Shown: positions 9,545 through 19,414, counted from the first letter of the stretch. The stretch: 64,000 nucleotides of DNA from Armatimonadota bacterium (GCA_031400935.1 JANNQV010000065.1:62001-126000); one strand, 5' to 3'. The notes: generated from the sequence alone by a model not told the origin. Translations and numbers: made by a program.

Positions 9545-10852
9545 CTATTTTGCGGCGACTTCAGCCTCCTCATGAACAATTCGTGGGGCAACGGATACCA
9601 TTTGCACCGTTCGAGTTTGGAACGCGGCACTTGTTTTTCGCTTGCCTGCAGTTAAAGCAAAGTAGGCTCCAGCGACGATTGCCCACCCGCCCAAGAAACA
9701 TACCCAGCCAACTAATGCTCCATAGCTGGCTGTAGCAACAATCCAAAAAGCAACCAACATGAAATTTGCTACTGCCATTGGCAAAAGCGATCTCCATCCA
9801 AGGTTCATCAACTGGTCATATCGAAGCCTCGGGAGCGTGGCACGGAGCCAAATGAATACTGTAACTCCAAACGCGCACTTTCCAAGGAACCATAAAGGAG
9901 CGCCCCAATAATTTAGTGTGTGATAGAACCCAGTTGCTCCGCCAAGTACTTCTTCTCGAAGAGGCAGCATGTTGTATCCGCCTAAGAAAAGCGCCGCGAA
10001 AATCCCAGAGAAGACAAACATCGCCGCGTATTCGCCCATGAAAAACACGGCGAATTTCATCGAAGAGTATTCGGTGTGGTAGCCGGCGATTAGTTCGTTT
10101 TCGGCTTCTGGAAGGTCGAAAGGTGCACGGTTCGTTTCTGCAACGATACAAATGGCGAAAATGATTGCCACCAAGAATCCGAGCGGGTTCAATAGATTCC
10201 AGTTCTGAAAAACTGTCACGAACCCCCAAAGCGGTTCCATTTGCGCGGCAACCATGTCGGTCATCTTCAATGATCCGGTAGCCAAAACGATAGAGGCGAC
10301 TGCCATGCCCATGGCTAGTTCATAGCTGATGAGTTGCGCAGAGGCACGAAGCCCACCCATCAGCGAATACTTGTTGTTCGAGCTATAACCAGCCAGAACA
10401 ACGCCATAGACTCCGAGCGAACTGATCGCCATGATATACAGCACGCCGAAATTCACGTCAGCTACGGGCTGGAACAAACGAAGCGGCCCATCCAGCGGCC
10501 CCCAAGGAAGCGTCAACCCAAGGGCAAACGCCGGAAAAAGCGCAACTGCTGGCGCGATGAAATAAATGAATCCGTCAATTGCGGTTGGAGTAATGTCCTC
10601 CTTGAAAAAAAGTTTGACGCCATCGGCAATCGGTTGGAGCAGTCCGAATGTGCGAATTTTCTTGCCGCTTTTGAGAGTGATCGTGCCAGTTCGATTCGGG
10701 CCGATGCGATCCTGCATCCAGCTAAGAAGCCTTCGTTCGTACCAAATTAAGCCCGGAACAAGCGTAAGAATTGGAACAACGATTAATATGACACGGACTA
10801 ACGCCCTGAACCATTCCGGTTGGCTTGCAAGCCATTCAAAGACGTTCCCCAT
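9545..10852 (-). CDS. nuoH: NADH-quinone oxidoreductase subunit H
   Basis: ERR...QDRIGPNR, GLLQPIADGVKL, AETNRAPFDLPEAE, RLRYDQLM. Confidence 0.96.
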   Translation of the reverse strand: MGNVFEWLASQPEWFRALVRVILIVVPILTLVPGLIWYERRLLSWMQDRIGPNRTGTITLKSGKKIRTFGLLQPIADGVKLFFKEDITPTAIDGFIYFIAPAVALFPAFALGLTLPWGPLDGPLRLFQPVADVNFGVLYIMAISSLGVYGVVLAGYSSNNKYSLMGGLRASAQLISYELAMGMAVASIVLATGSLKMTDMVAAQMEPLWGFVTVFQNWNLLNPLGFLVAIIFAICIVAETNRAPFDLPEAENELIAGYHTEYSSMKFAVFFMGEYAAMFVFSGIFAALFLGGYNMLPLREEVLGGATGFYHTLNYWGAPLWFLGKCAFGVTVFIWLRATLPRLRYDQLMNLGWRSLLPMAVANFMLVAFWIVATASYGALVGWVCFLGGWAIVAGAYFALTAGKRKTSAAFQTRTVQMVSVAPRIVHEEAEVAAK

Positions 10853-10902
10853 TCCCCGGTAACTTTACCTCCGGTTGGGTATGAAATGGGTGGCTCGTTG
10901 AG

Positions 10903-10929
10903 TTGGGTGAATGGGGTGAAATGGGTGAA
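10903..10929. repeat. Short tandem repeat, 9-bp unit x3
   Basis: ttgggtgaa tggggtgaa atgggtgaa, between divergent nuoH and the TauE gene. Confidence 0.65.
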
Positions 10930-10969
10930 GCAGGAGAATTGTGTGAGCAAGTTCCGTCCACAATAAGGC

Positions 10970-11404
10970 GTGAATATCGTTATCGGCTTCCTTATCGGCA
11001 TGGTTGCAGGCGCACTTGGCGGAATGTTTGGCATCGGTGGAGGCATCTTGATGGTGCCTGCGATGGTCTATTTTCTTCACTTTTCACAGAAAATGTCACA
11101 AGGAACATCGCTTGCGGTCCTTTGCTTGCCTGTTGGGATTTTAGGAGCTTTCAATTATTATAAATCGGGCAACGTTGATCTCAAGGTTGCAGGAATTCTC
11201 GCTCTTGGCTTTGTTGGAGGTTCTCTTTTTGGATCCAGGCTGGCACTTGGTTTGCCTGAAGCCGCCATGAGAAAGGGATTTGCGATATTCCTAATCTTGG
11301 TGGCAGTTCAAATGTGGTTTAAGCCAACTCCTCTTGAATCGGCGCCCGCCGAATCTTCAATCCAGGCATCGGCGTTGAATCCGGTTGCAGAGAGTTCCAA
11401 ATAA
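10970..11404 (+). CDS. Half-size sulfite exporter TauE/SafE (TSUP) family protein
   Basis: GALGGMFGIGGGILMVP...QGTSLA motif; about four hydrophobic segments. Confidence 0.85.
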   Translation: MNIVIGFLIGMVAGALGGMFGIGGGILMVPAMVYFLHFSQKMSQGTSLAVLCLPVGILGAFNYYKSGNVDLKVAGILALGFVGGSLFGSRLALGLPEAAMRKGFAIFLILVAVQMWFKPTPLESAPAESSIQASALNPVAESSK

Positions 11405-13613
11405 GCTGGCCGATTGTTCCGTTGCCGCTTGGCCCAGCTACTATGCATAGCTTTTTTTGGCTTCTCGTCATCGCAACATAGAGTGCGCGAAGTTCCTCTG
11501 CCATTTCCATTTCTTGCCGCCGAACAGCAATCCAGTCGCAGATTGCACTTGCGCCTTTCGACGGCTTGTAGGCGATGATCCCAAATTCCCGGTCAATCTC
11601 AAAGGAGGTTTTGTTTCTCTTTAGCTTCTCCCGAGTCGCAGGGAGGACAACGACAGGAAATTCCAGGCCCTTTGAGCGGTGCACGGTCATGATCGTTACA
11701 GCCTGAACTCCATCGTCAATCGCCCCCGCATCGCCTTCCCGAATGTCTAGTGTCTGAAATTCTCGAAGCAATCTCGAGAATTGTTTCGGATTCAGTTCTG
11801 GTCTTTCTGTCGCCATCATAAACAGTTTGCGAACATTTGCAAGCTGCTGCCTTCCATTTGGCCTTCGAACCAGATTTTCCCAGTACGGCGTTTCAGCGAA
11901 TAGTCGGGAAAGCACTTCCCAAGCTGAGAGCCTTGGTGCTACCAAGGCAACAGATTCAAACCATTCTGCAAACTCAGTCAGCTTTGCCTGATCGGATTTG
12001 GTGAGTTGAAAGTCTGTTCGTAGGTTCAAAGCCACGTCGCCCGCAAGTGCAAGTTTGACGACTGCATCTAGCGAAAGTCCAACTATTGGACTTCTTAAGA
12101 CAGCGAGTAAGGAGAAATCGTTTTGAAGGTCCGAGAGAGCCTCTAGAATGTTGGCAAGGTCTCGAACTTCTAGTCGGAGAAAATAGTTTCTTCCCGTGCC
12201 AACTGTTCGAACAGGAACGCCCAAAGCTTCCAACCGGTGATTCATCTCCGCGATTTGATAGCCCTTTCGAACAAGAATCGCGATCTCATTTGGCGAATGC
12301 TCCTCGCAAAGATCGGCAACCCATTCTGAAGTTTGGTCAAAACCATCGCACATCCAAATCTCTGTTCCTTCGAAACCTTTGCCGTCGTCCGAAGAATCGG
12401 GAACCATCGTTTTGTAGCCTTCCCAATGATTTCGAAACAACGCATCAATGGTTCGTAGTACCCCTGGTTTTGAACGGAAGTTTTGAGGCAGGTCAAGTGT
12501 AGTGGTGGTTTCCATTCTGCGCTCAAAGAGCCGAACATCAGCCTGCCGAAAACCATAAATGGACTGTTTTACGTCGCCTACCACCAGCACAAACTCGCCG
12601 CCAATCGCACGAACGAGTTGGTCTTGGATCGGGTTAAGGTCTTGCCCTTCATCAATCAAAACCACAGGATATTGTTGGCGAATCCGACTCTGAATTCGTT
12701 GGTTTTGAACGATGGCTTGAACCGCAAGCGCTTCAAGACGCGCAAAATCAAACGATTGAGTTTCGTTCATTTGTTGTTCAATATCAGCCCAAGTTCGGCC
12801 CGCCAAATCGGCAATTCCACACGACCATTCAGCTGACTCAAGTTCCGAATCATAAATTGTTTCGCAGACTTTAGCACTCGGAATCCAAGAAGGCATATCA
12901 GCTTTCGCAGCCTTGAATGCGTTTCGCAATCTAGTCCAAAAGTCAGAGACTTCACCTGGAAGCAATTGTTTTTTGACTTCCGAAAAAAGACTGCTTTTAA
13001 TCGCCTGATAGGACGTTTCAATGAATGCCATTGCGGATTGGTGATTCTGCTTGATATCTAGGGCTCCAAAACTGGTTCCTCTCAATTGTTGAAGTGTCTT
13101 TCGAATTGGAACTAATAGTTGCCCGTTCTCCGATACCTTTCCGTAGCTATGTTTTCCTGAAAGACCGTCAATAACCATTCGGGCTGGACCTTCGTTCGGA
13201 GTTTCCGAGATTGTAAACCGAATGGATTTCTCGATCATCGAGTGCAAATCAGATTCGCCCATGATTTTGAAATCCGGGTCAATTCCTGCATCAAGGGCGT
13301 TTTCGCGAAGAATACGCTCACAAAAACTGTGGAGAGTTTGGATAGGGCCGGTCTCAGCAATTTGAGCTTCCCGAACCTTTCCCGCTTTGCGAAGTTCCTC
13401 GACAATTCGGCGCTTCATTTCAGCCGCCGCCTTTTTTGTAAACGTCACGCAGAGGATTTGGTCAGGCTGAATTCCCTGCTCTACGACTCTTCGAACATAA
13501 GATGCAACCAGAACTCTGGTCTTACCGCTCCCGGCTGCAGCTTGAACGACAAGAGCTGAATCTTGCGTCGCCACAACCGCCGACTGTTCATTTGAAAGTG
13601 GAAAACTATTCAT
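11319..13613 (-). CDS. addA: AddA-like UvrD-family helicase without a C-terminal nuclease domain
   Basis: AAAGSGKT, TFTKKAA, TLHSF, IDEGQD, VGDVKQSIYGFR, NFRS, TVHRSKGLEF, YVAMTR; the protein ends about 45 aa after motif VI. Confidence 0.85.
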   Translation of the reverse strand: MNSFPLSNEQSAVVATQDSALVVQAAAGSGKTRVLVASYVRRVVEQGIQPDQILCVTFTKKAAAEMKRRIVEELRKAGKVREAQIAETGPIQTLHSFCERILRENALDAGIDPDFKIMGESDLHSMIEKSIRFTISETPNEGPARMVIDGLSGKHSYGKVSENGQLLVPIRKTLQQLRGTSFGALDIKQNHQSAMAFIETSYQAIKSSLFSEVKKQLLPGEVSDFWTRLRNAFKAAKADMPSWIPSAKVCETIYDSELESAEWSCGIADLAGRTWADIEQQMNETQSFDFARLEALAVQAIVQNQRIQSRIRQQYPVVLIDEGQDLNPIQDQLVRAIGGEFVLVVGDVKQSIYGFRQADVRLFERRMETTTTLDLPQNFRSKPGVLRTIDALFRNHWEGYKTMVPDSSDDGKGFEGTEIWMCDGFDQTSEWVADLCEEHSPNEIAILVRKGYQIAEMNHRLEALGVPVRTVGTGRNYFLRLEVRDLANILEALSDLQNDFSLLAVLRSPIVGLSLDAVVKLALAGDVALNLRTDFQLTKSDQAKLTEFAEWFESVALVAPRLSAWEVLSRLFAETPYWENLVRRPNGRQQLANVRKLFMMATERPELNPKQFSRLLREFQTLDIREGDAGAIDDGVQAVTIMTVHRSKGLEFPVVVLPATREKLKRNKTSFEIDREFGIIAYKPSKGASAICDWIAVRRQEMEMAEELRALYVAMTRSQKKLCIVAGPSGNGTIGQLIWNSLQPDSTPMPGLKIRRAPIQEELA

Positions 13614-16467
13614 TTCCTTCCATCAAATCTGATTGTTCGCCGAATTCCTTGGAACGGCGACACAGTTCGCCAAAATCGCAAAAAGTGCATTGGTCGCCCG
13701 GAGCCACTTCCATCGAATGGCTACGCGAATTCAAAACAGCTTTCTTGACAATTTCGCCAGCCTGAGATAGAAATTTGGTTTCTCTAGCATTTACGGATAC
13801 GGCCTTCAAACCGTCGTTTGGCTGCGATTTCGGCTGGCTTCCGGGAATTATTTCATTGCAAACCAATAACCGTTCGCCGTCATCGGCACTAAATTCGATA
13901 GCTGCGCCTGGCGTGCTGTTTCCAAGTGCAGCGAAATATAGTCCGACTTCAAGCCGTTCTTCGTCTCCCCACTTTTCGATGCTATTGAATAGTGCTTTTC
14001 TTGCGTGAAAAACATGTGCGACGCGATATGGACCCATTTTTGAGACTGCTGGAATTCTGCCCGATAGTCGCAATTTGTCATCAGCAGAAAGTTTGATTTC
14101 CCCGACCAAAGAGTCACTAGCAAAATCAACATCCAACTCGGTTTGCCCAGGCTGTTTTGGCCATAATTCCCGCGCAATGAACTCGGCCTCAATACTTCTA
14201 TCAATGTTTCTTTTCGCAGATGAAGAAGCCATGGCGACGGCTTCGGGAGAAGTTTCTGACTCGACATCCTCTAGATGTTGATTCCAAGCCAATATAAGTG
14301 CCTTGCGTGCTGATTCTGAGTCAGAGTGTTTAGGTAATGATTCTACGTTAGGCAATCGCCTGAGCCGCTTTTCACCGACATTGCGCCTCAGGTTCAATTT
14401 TCGCTGAGAAGCAGAGCGAAATGCGCATCCAGAAGCACTTCGGAGATCAAAAATTGAATGACGTTCTTCTGGAATGGTTCGCAATGCAACCAGAGAAGTT
14501 TCGTCTTCAACTAACTCGTTTGAGAATGAAATCATTGGCGAATCAATTGCTCGCCTCAAAGAAATGTCCGCTTCGCAAAGGCAATCGTTGGCTTCAGGTG
14601 CCCAAACTCCCTGGAGGCGGTGCGACTTTTGAGCCTTTTCGCCAAGTGAATTGGATAACTCCGTGAGGTAGTAAGCAGGAACGTTGTCCCTGTCTTCACT
14701 TGTAGTTGGGTAACTAAGGGTCAACTGTTTATTAGCTGCGCCTAACAGACACAAAAATAGCTCCGCCTCCTGAGCTGCAATTGAATGCGAGTTCAAGAGT
14801 GCATTTGGCAATGAAGTATCAACAAGGATAGACCGCTCCCAATCAGAGAGAATTGGATCTTCGGTTCTTCTTCTTGGAAACATTCCTTCAAGCAATCCCA
14901 GAGCGTGAATGCAATCTTTTCCCAGTAGCGCCAACGGAGAATCACACACTTCAACCCCACCGGAATGAGTTCCAATATCTATGCTGGCCAGTTCCCAAAC
15001 TTCATCGAGCTCTTTAACGAACTTAGGAAACGACAATGAGCTTGTATTTGCATCCGCAAAAACGTGCCTTGCGAAGGATTTCCGCATTTCTTCCAACGCA
15101 ATTTGGTCGCGCTTGCCCCCCGAATCTTGCTGCTCGGCCAATTTTTTAATCGGCTCGATCTGCAAAAACTCCACGAAAGCCTGGTTCCATTCTTTCAGGT
15201 TCTCGATTCGCGTTTCTGAAACTCTTTGCCAAAGAAGTGCGACTTGAATCCATTCCGGCAAAATCTCCAATTGCTCATTTAGCCGTTCCCATTCTCCGCC
15301 TCGAATCCGCATAGAGTCAAAAATGATTCCTTTCACACCTGATAATTCTTCAACATGGAGATTTGAATATGGCGAAGCAATAACTTCCAATAGGAGCCTG
15401 AGATTCCTGTGGGCCAATGTTCGTAGCAGTGCGAGCACCCAAATCGCAAATTGGGAAGTCAGGAGTTCAACATTTTGCGCCAAACTCAATGGAACACCTA
15501 AGCGCAACGAAGCGGCAGATAGAAATGGAGCATAAAACCTTAAATTACGAACAAAAATACCGATCTGTGCTGGTTTCAGGCCCGATTTCAAGTCGCTTTG
15601 CACCCGCCTAAGTGCCCATTCGCTTTCTGCCATTTCGTCTGTCGAAGACTCAATTTGCACGCTCAAATTTGAACTGGACTTCTTGGAAACTCGGCAAAAA
15701 TCGGCGACAAGCTCTGGCAATTCTCCGACCTGCTCAATTGGCGAGTTGCAGGAGGCTGCTAGGTTTTGAGAGCCCGTCCACGAAAGAGGCAAATGCGAAT
15801 GGAATGGCGTGACGATCCAAACGATTGAGCCGTTTTCTTGGCACCATCGAAGCCAATCAATAATGAGTGGCTCGAGATGCCCACTTGCAAACACTAAAAT
15901 TCGATTGAGTTCTGCTGACTTGGAGAGTTCAGCTACCATAATTCTCTCAAGTTTGGATTCCTCCAACTCAAGATGGGCGTTTTCGATGGAATGTCGAACT
16001 GACTCCTCAAGGTCGGCCAAAGCTAAAAACTTTTCCACAGAAACAGAATCGAGGCGACTGTCTGATTTTCGAAGTTGTTCCGCCCCAATTCGCCATTGCC
16101 TGAGTTCGCACATCGCTGAATGCAATTTTCGTTGCACGCCGCCGTAACCACGCACAGAGTCAAACGGCCCCAAATTTTCCGCAGATAGAAGAACCGATCG
16201 GACGAATTCGGCTACTTGTTTCGAGTCTGCAATTGGAGGCGATGGCTGATTAGTAAGTACAAGCCGGACTCCTGCAATTTCGGCTGGATTCGAGGTGGAT
16301 AGATTGGGATGTGCCTCCAATAACTCATGAATTCGATTGCTCAGCCCGCTTTCTAGAATGCACACTTTCCCTGAACCCAATTCAGCAAATTCTTCAATAA
16401 TTTTCCTATAGGAATCCATACTTGGAAACGTTCCCAAGATGCGTAGCGGAAATAGCGACATCGGCAT
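13606..16467 (-). CDS. addB: AddB-like partner subunit with a degenerate PD-(D/E)XK domain and Fe-S cysteines
   Basis: Inactive helicase-like fold (GLLEGMFP, LTLSYP); SGCAFR plus a terminal CTFCDFGELC; overlaps the addA start. Confidence 0.75.
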   Translation of the reverse strand: MPMSLFPLRILGTFPSMDSYRKIIEEFAELGSGKVCILESGLSNRIHELLEAHPNLSTSNPAEIAGVRLVLTNQPSPPIADSKQVAEFVRSVLLSAENLGPFDSVRGYGGVQRKLHSAMCELRQWRIGAEQLRKSDSRLDSVSVEKFLALADLEESVRHSIENAHLELEESKLERIMVAELSKSAELNRILVFASGHLEPLIIDWLRWCQENGSIVWIVTPFHSHLPLSWTGSQNLAASCNSPIEQVGELPELVADFCRVSKKSSSNLSVQIESSTDEMAESEWALRRVQSDLKSGLKPAQIGIFVRNLRFYAPFLSAASLRLGVPLSLAQNVELLTSQFAIWVLALLRTLAHRNLRLLLEVIASPYSNLHVEELSGVKGIIFDSMRIRGGEWERLNEQLEILPEWIQVALLWQRVSETRIENLKEWNQAFVEFLQIEPIKKLAEQQDSGGKRDQIALEEMRKSFARHVFADANTSSLSFPKFVKELDEVWELASIDIGTHSGGVEVCDSPLALLGKDCIHALGLLEGMFPRRRTEDPILSDWERSILVDTSLPNALLNSHSIAAQEAELFLCLLGAANKQLTLSYPTTSEDRDNVPAYYLTELSNSLGEKAQKSHRLQGVWAPEANDCLCEADISLRRAIDSPMISFSNELVEDETSLVALRTIPEERHSIFDLRSASGCAFRSASQRKLNLRRNVGEKRLRRLPNVESLPKHSDSESARKALILAWNQHLEDVESETSPEAVAMASSSAKRNIDRSIEAEFIARELWPKQPGQTELDVDFASDSLVGEIKLSADDKLRLSGRIPAVSKMGPYRVAHVFHARKALFNSIEKWGDEERLEVGLYFAALGNSTPGAAIEFSADDGERLLVCNEIIPGSQPKSQPNDGLKAVSVNARETKFLSQAGEIVKKAVLNSRSHSMEVAPGDQCTFCDFGELCRRSKEFGEQSDLMEGNE

Positions 16468-16522
16468 TGAGTGTATTCTACGAGCCGTGGCAAATAAAGT
16501 GTGGACAACAAGGCGAAAGCTA

Positions 16523-17077
16523 ATGGGAAATTTGCTTCCGCTACTGGTTGCTGTTCCGTTTATTATTTATGGTGGCCTGCGCGCCACCGCCGCTCATAAC
16601 TGGTTTGCCATCGAGGCGATAGTTAGCTTCGTGCTCGGACTCGTCGCGGCTTACTTGGGTGTAAATTTTTTCGGTCTCTATGCCAATCGCAAAATGCGAA
16701 TGGAGCTTTGCCGACGATTCTCGAAAGGCGATGAAAGCGACCTCGGATGGTTTGTCGGAGTCGCAACGCCTGGCTACATGAACTTATGGGATCCCCACGA
16801 GGATATTGGATTCTTGAAGCTTAGTGCGGAGCACCTAATTTTCCAAGGCGATTCTAAGAAACTAGAGATACCGCGAAATTCAGTCAGAAGAGTTTCTAGA
16901 AAGGCAAATCCACACAGTTTTTTACTTCTTGGAGGCTGGATTGTTATTGACGGCATCCTCGATCACAAACCGATTCGGCTGCTCCTTGAACCCCGAGAAA
17001 AGAATAATTTGCTCGGCAACAAACGAAAGTCTCGACATTTTCTGAAAGAGATTCAAGATTGGGCGTTCAAAAAATAA
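16523..17077 (+). CDS. Hypothetical membrane protein (two N-terminal TM segments plus a soluble domain)
   Basis: ORF 16439..17077; likely start MGNLLP at 16523, which avoids overlap with addB. Confidence 0.6.
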   Translation: MGNLLPLLVAVPFIIYGGLRATAAHNWFAIEAIVSFVLGLVAAYLGVNFFGLYANRKMRMELCRRFSKGDESDLGWFVGVATPGYMNLWDPHEDIGFLKLSAEHLIFQGDSKKLEIPRNSVRRVSRKANPHSFLLLGGWIVIDGILDHKPIRLLLEPREKNNLLGNKRKSRHFLKEIQDWAFKK

Positions 17078-17103
17078 GCGAGCCCCATGGAGGGGGCTCG
17101 CTT
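17069..17103 (-). terminator. Intrinsic terminator of the flagellin gene
   Basis: Stem AAGCGAGCCCC/GGGGCTCGCTT (17076-17103) followed by a T-run on the minus strand. Confidence 0.85.
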
Positions 17104-17130
17104 GGATGTTGCTCGGAGAAACCCGATTGT

Positions 17131-18582
17131 TTAGCCTCGAAGCAAACTCAGAACCGATTGAGGAGCTGAATTAGCTTGCGCAAGCATCGCCATACCTGAT
17201 TGCTGGAGAATCTGCAACTTCGTGAAGTTGGTCATTTCAGCAGCAACGTCAGTATCTCGAATTGTTGATTCGGCTGCAGCGAGGTTCTCTCGTGCAATTC
17301 CGAGTGCTCGAACGTTAGATTCGAGAACGTTTCGCTGGAAGCTACCAATCTCTCCACGAGACTTAGCAACTTCGCCGATAGCAACGTCAATGATCTTCAA
17401 TGCATCAGTTGCTCCGCTCGCCGAAGTAACGTCTAGATTAGCTAACGTGTAGCCAGAAACGACGTTCTTGCCGAGTTCACTTGCAGCAAAGTTCGCAAGC
17501 GAAAGATTTGCTGTTTGGTTAGCGTTTCCACCGATTTGGAACTGCGCGGAACCTACTGACAAGTAACCTGCAGCAAAGGCAGCTCCTGTAGCATTTCCAA
17601 CTTCAGTCATTCGGATCGAGTTACCATACTGATCTGTCAGAGTCAGGCCATCGTTTCCAAGTCGTCCACCTGTAAAGGTAACTGTTGAAAGGCCGCCGGC
17701 AGTTGCGCCGTTTGTGTCAATGATAACGCTTGCAACTCCGTCAACGCCAGTTGCCGCAGTTGTTCCTGCAGTATTGACGATGCCCGCTGCATCCGATATC
17801 GAGAAGTTTCCAGCTACACCGAACTTGGTTGCTCTGAAAGTAATACCCGCAGCAGCAGTAAAGTCAGCTGTAACTCCAGTTGCACCACTGGCATTGTTGA
17901 CCAAGTTCACTACATCTGTAACGGTTTGACCCGCAGATACTGTGAACGAAGTTCCATTGATTGCGAACTGTCCAGCAGTAACTACAGTTGCAGCAGTTGC
18001 AAATGTGACTGATCCAGTTGCAGATGCTCTTGTTGCAGCAGTGCTCATGGATACAGTTGCGGTTGTGTTCGTTGTAACAGCAGCTGCATTGAAGTTGCCA
18101 CTGAAGCTCATGCCGGCGATATTTGCCGAGCTGAGGTTGGCGGCACCGACACCAGCCGAACCGTCAAGAAGTTTCTTTGTCCCGAACTGCGTATTTGAAG
18201 CAATTCTGGAAACCGAAGCCATAATTGAGTTCAACTGGCTCTGATTCGCTTGAATTTGAGTCGAGCTGAGTGTTCCGGTGTTACCGGCAGCAATCGTTAG
18301 GGCACGTGCATCGTTGAGAAGTCGGTTGACCTCGTCAAGAGCGCCTTCAGCAGTCTTCGAGTAGTTAACTGCATCTTGGTTGTTTCGAAGTGCTTGGTCA
18401 ATACCAGCAATTTGTGATCGGAAGTTCTCCGAAATGATCAAACCAGCAGGATCGTCTGCCGCAGAGTTGATTCGAAGACCAGTTGATAGTCGGGTTACCG
18501 ATTTTGCAAACATATCGCCTGTTTGGCTTACGTTTCGCAATGCACCCATCGCCGAAATATTTGTGTTAACGCGAAATGACAT
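17131..18582 (-). CDS. fliC: Flagellin
   Basis: MSFRVNTN...RLSTGLRINSAADDPAGL N-terminus; ESTIRDTDVAAEM...QANSAPQSVLSLL C-terminus; GGAGG RBS 4 nt before the ATG at 18582. Confidence 0.97.
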   Translation of the reverse strand: MSFRVNTNISAMGALRNVSQTGDMFAKSVTRLSTGLRINSAADDPAGLIISENFRSQIAGIDQALRNNQDAVNYSKTAEGALDEVNRLLNDARALTIAAGNTGTLSSTQIQANQSQLNSIMASVSRIASNTQFGTKKLLDGSAGVGAANLSSANIAGMSFSGNFNAAAVTTNTTATVSMSTAATRASATGSVTFATAATVVTAGQFAINGTSFTVSAGQTVTDVVNLVNNASGATGVTADFTAAAGITFRATKFGVAGNFSISDAAGIVNTAGTTAATGVDGVASVIIDTNGATAGGLSTVTFTGGRLGNDGLTLTDQYGNSIRMTEVGNATGAAFAAGYLSVGSAQFQIGGNANQTANLSLANFAASELGKNVVSGYTLANLDVTSASGATDALKIIDVAIGEVAKSRGEIGSFQRNVLESNVRALGIARENLAAAESTIRDTDVAAEMTNFTKLQILQQSGMAMLAQANSAPQSVLSLLRG

Positions 18583-18586
18583 TTTT

Positions 18587-18657
18587 CCTCCGTGAATTTC
18601 CTGTACGTTTTCGCTTGCTTCCCACCAAGAAAGTCTGCGAGCCCATCTGTCCGTAGA
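18587..18657 (-). promoter_or_regulatory. Putative CsrA-binding sites in the flagellin leader
   Basis: Minus strand carries TCT-ACGGAC-AGA (mini hairpin), GTACAGGA, and ACGGAGG overlapping the RBS. Confidence 0.5.
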
Positions 18658-18788
18658 GCAGTACGATAGGTTCATTCCCTCTTAGGTTGTTGACTTGGCT
18701 GGCGAAATTACCAGGCTCGAAAAATCCTGGTAGAAAGGCTGGCTGGTAGGGTTGCTGGGGCGATTCGGAAGAGCGGAGAGCGGATTCA

Positions 18789-18905
18789 ATTGTGGATTGT
18801 GGATTGTGGGTTTTGGATTGTGGATTGGCGAAGTAGGCAAGTCGACGTGCCCATAATGACCTATTGACCCAGTGACCCCTGTGACCCAATGACCCTATGA
18901 CCCCA
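18789..18905. repeat. Intergenic short tandem repeats (ATTGTGG 7-mers, then TGACCCnn 8-mers)
   Basis: attgtgg x~5 at 18789-18827; tgacc-containing units x6 at 18857-18905. Confidence 0.8.
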
Positions 18906-18922
18906 TTTCATCCATAATCTCC

Positions 18923-19260
18923 TTGGAGTCGTTCGGGTGACGGCCTCGACTTGTCGAGGAGGAAAGTCCGGACTTCGAAGGGCGCGGCGCCCTCGGCAAC
19001 GGGGGAAGGGGCGACCCTATGGAAAGTGCCACAGAAACAAACCGCCAGGTAGGACAGGATTTATCCTGTCTTCAACCTTGGCAAGGGTGAAATCGTGAGG
19101 TAAGAGCTCACGCCATTTCGGCGTAAGTCGGAGTGGGGGTAAACCCCGCCGGAAGCAAGGCCAAATAGGAACGGGATGACGCTGCCCGCCGACCGTTCGG
19201 GTTGGCCGCATAGATAAATCGTCACACAAATACAGAATCCGGCTTACAGAGCGACTCCAA
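18923..19260 (+). ncRNA. rnpB: RNase P RNA (bacterial type A)
   Basis: GAGGAAAGTCCG, GGAAAGTGCCACAGAAA, AAGGGTGAAA, GGTAAGAGC, GGTAAACCCC, AGAATCCGGCTTA; ends pair (TTGGAGTCG/CGACTCCAA). Confidence 0.97.
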
Positions 19261-19334
19261 ATCCTTTGTATGGGTTGTATCGAGGATGCAAGGGAAAGAT
19301 TTTAAGTCGCTTAAGTTCTGGTTGAGTGTTTTGA

Positions 19335-19393
19335 GACTTAATAATTGGGTCATATGACCTATTATTTATGTCATATGACCCATTATTTAAGTC
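19335..19393. promoter_or_regulatory. Double palindromic operator (2x GTCATATGAC) upstream of the wHTH-NTase pair
   Basis: Perfect 10-bp palindromes at 19349 and 19370, 21 bp apart, inside a 24-bp imperfect inverted repeat. Confidence 0.7.
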
Positions 19394-19414
19394 GAATCTG
19401 CCACAATCATTCTC

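Noticed and set aside
11319..11404. Functional meaning of the convergent overlaps TauE/addA (86 bp) and lexA/lpxB (22 bp)
   Set aside because: Tail-to-tail overlaps of poorly conserved C-termini are common in compact genomes; nothing here indicates regulation.
18583..18675. N-terminal extensions given by the ORF track (flagellin; likewise ubiE, cinA, htpX, ndk, the permease and the polyprenyl synthase)
   Set aside because: Family N-termini, RBS position or stop/start overlaps point to downstream starts.
18660..18780. Sigma28 promoter for flagellin
   Set aside because: No convincing TAAA-N15-GCCGATAA match; only a TACCAGG/CCTGGTA inverted repeat of unclear role.
19017..19229. 70-aa minus-strand ORF
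   Set aside because: It lies entirely antisense within rnpB.
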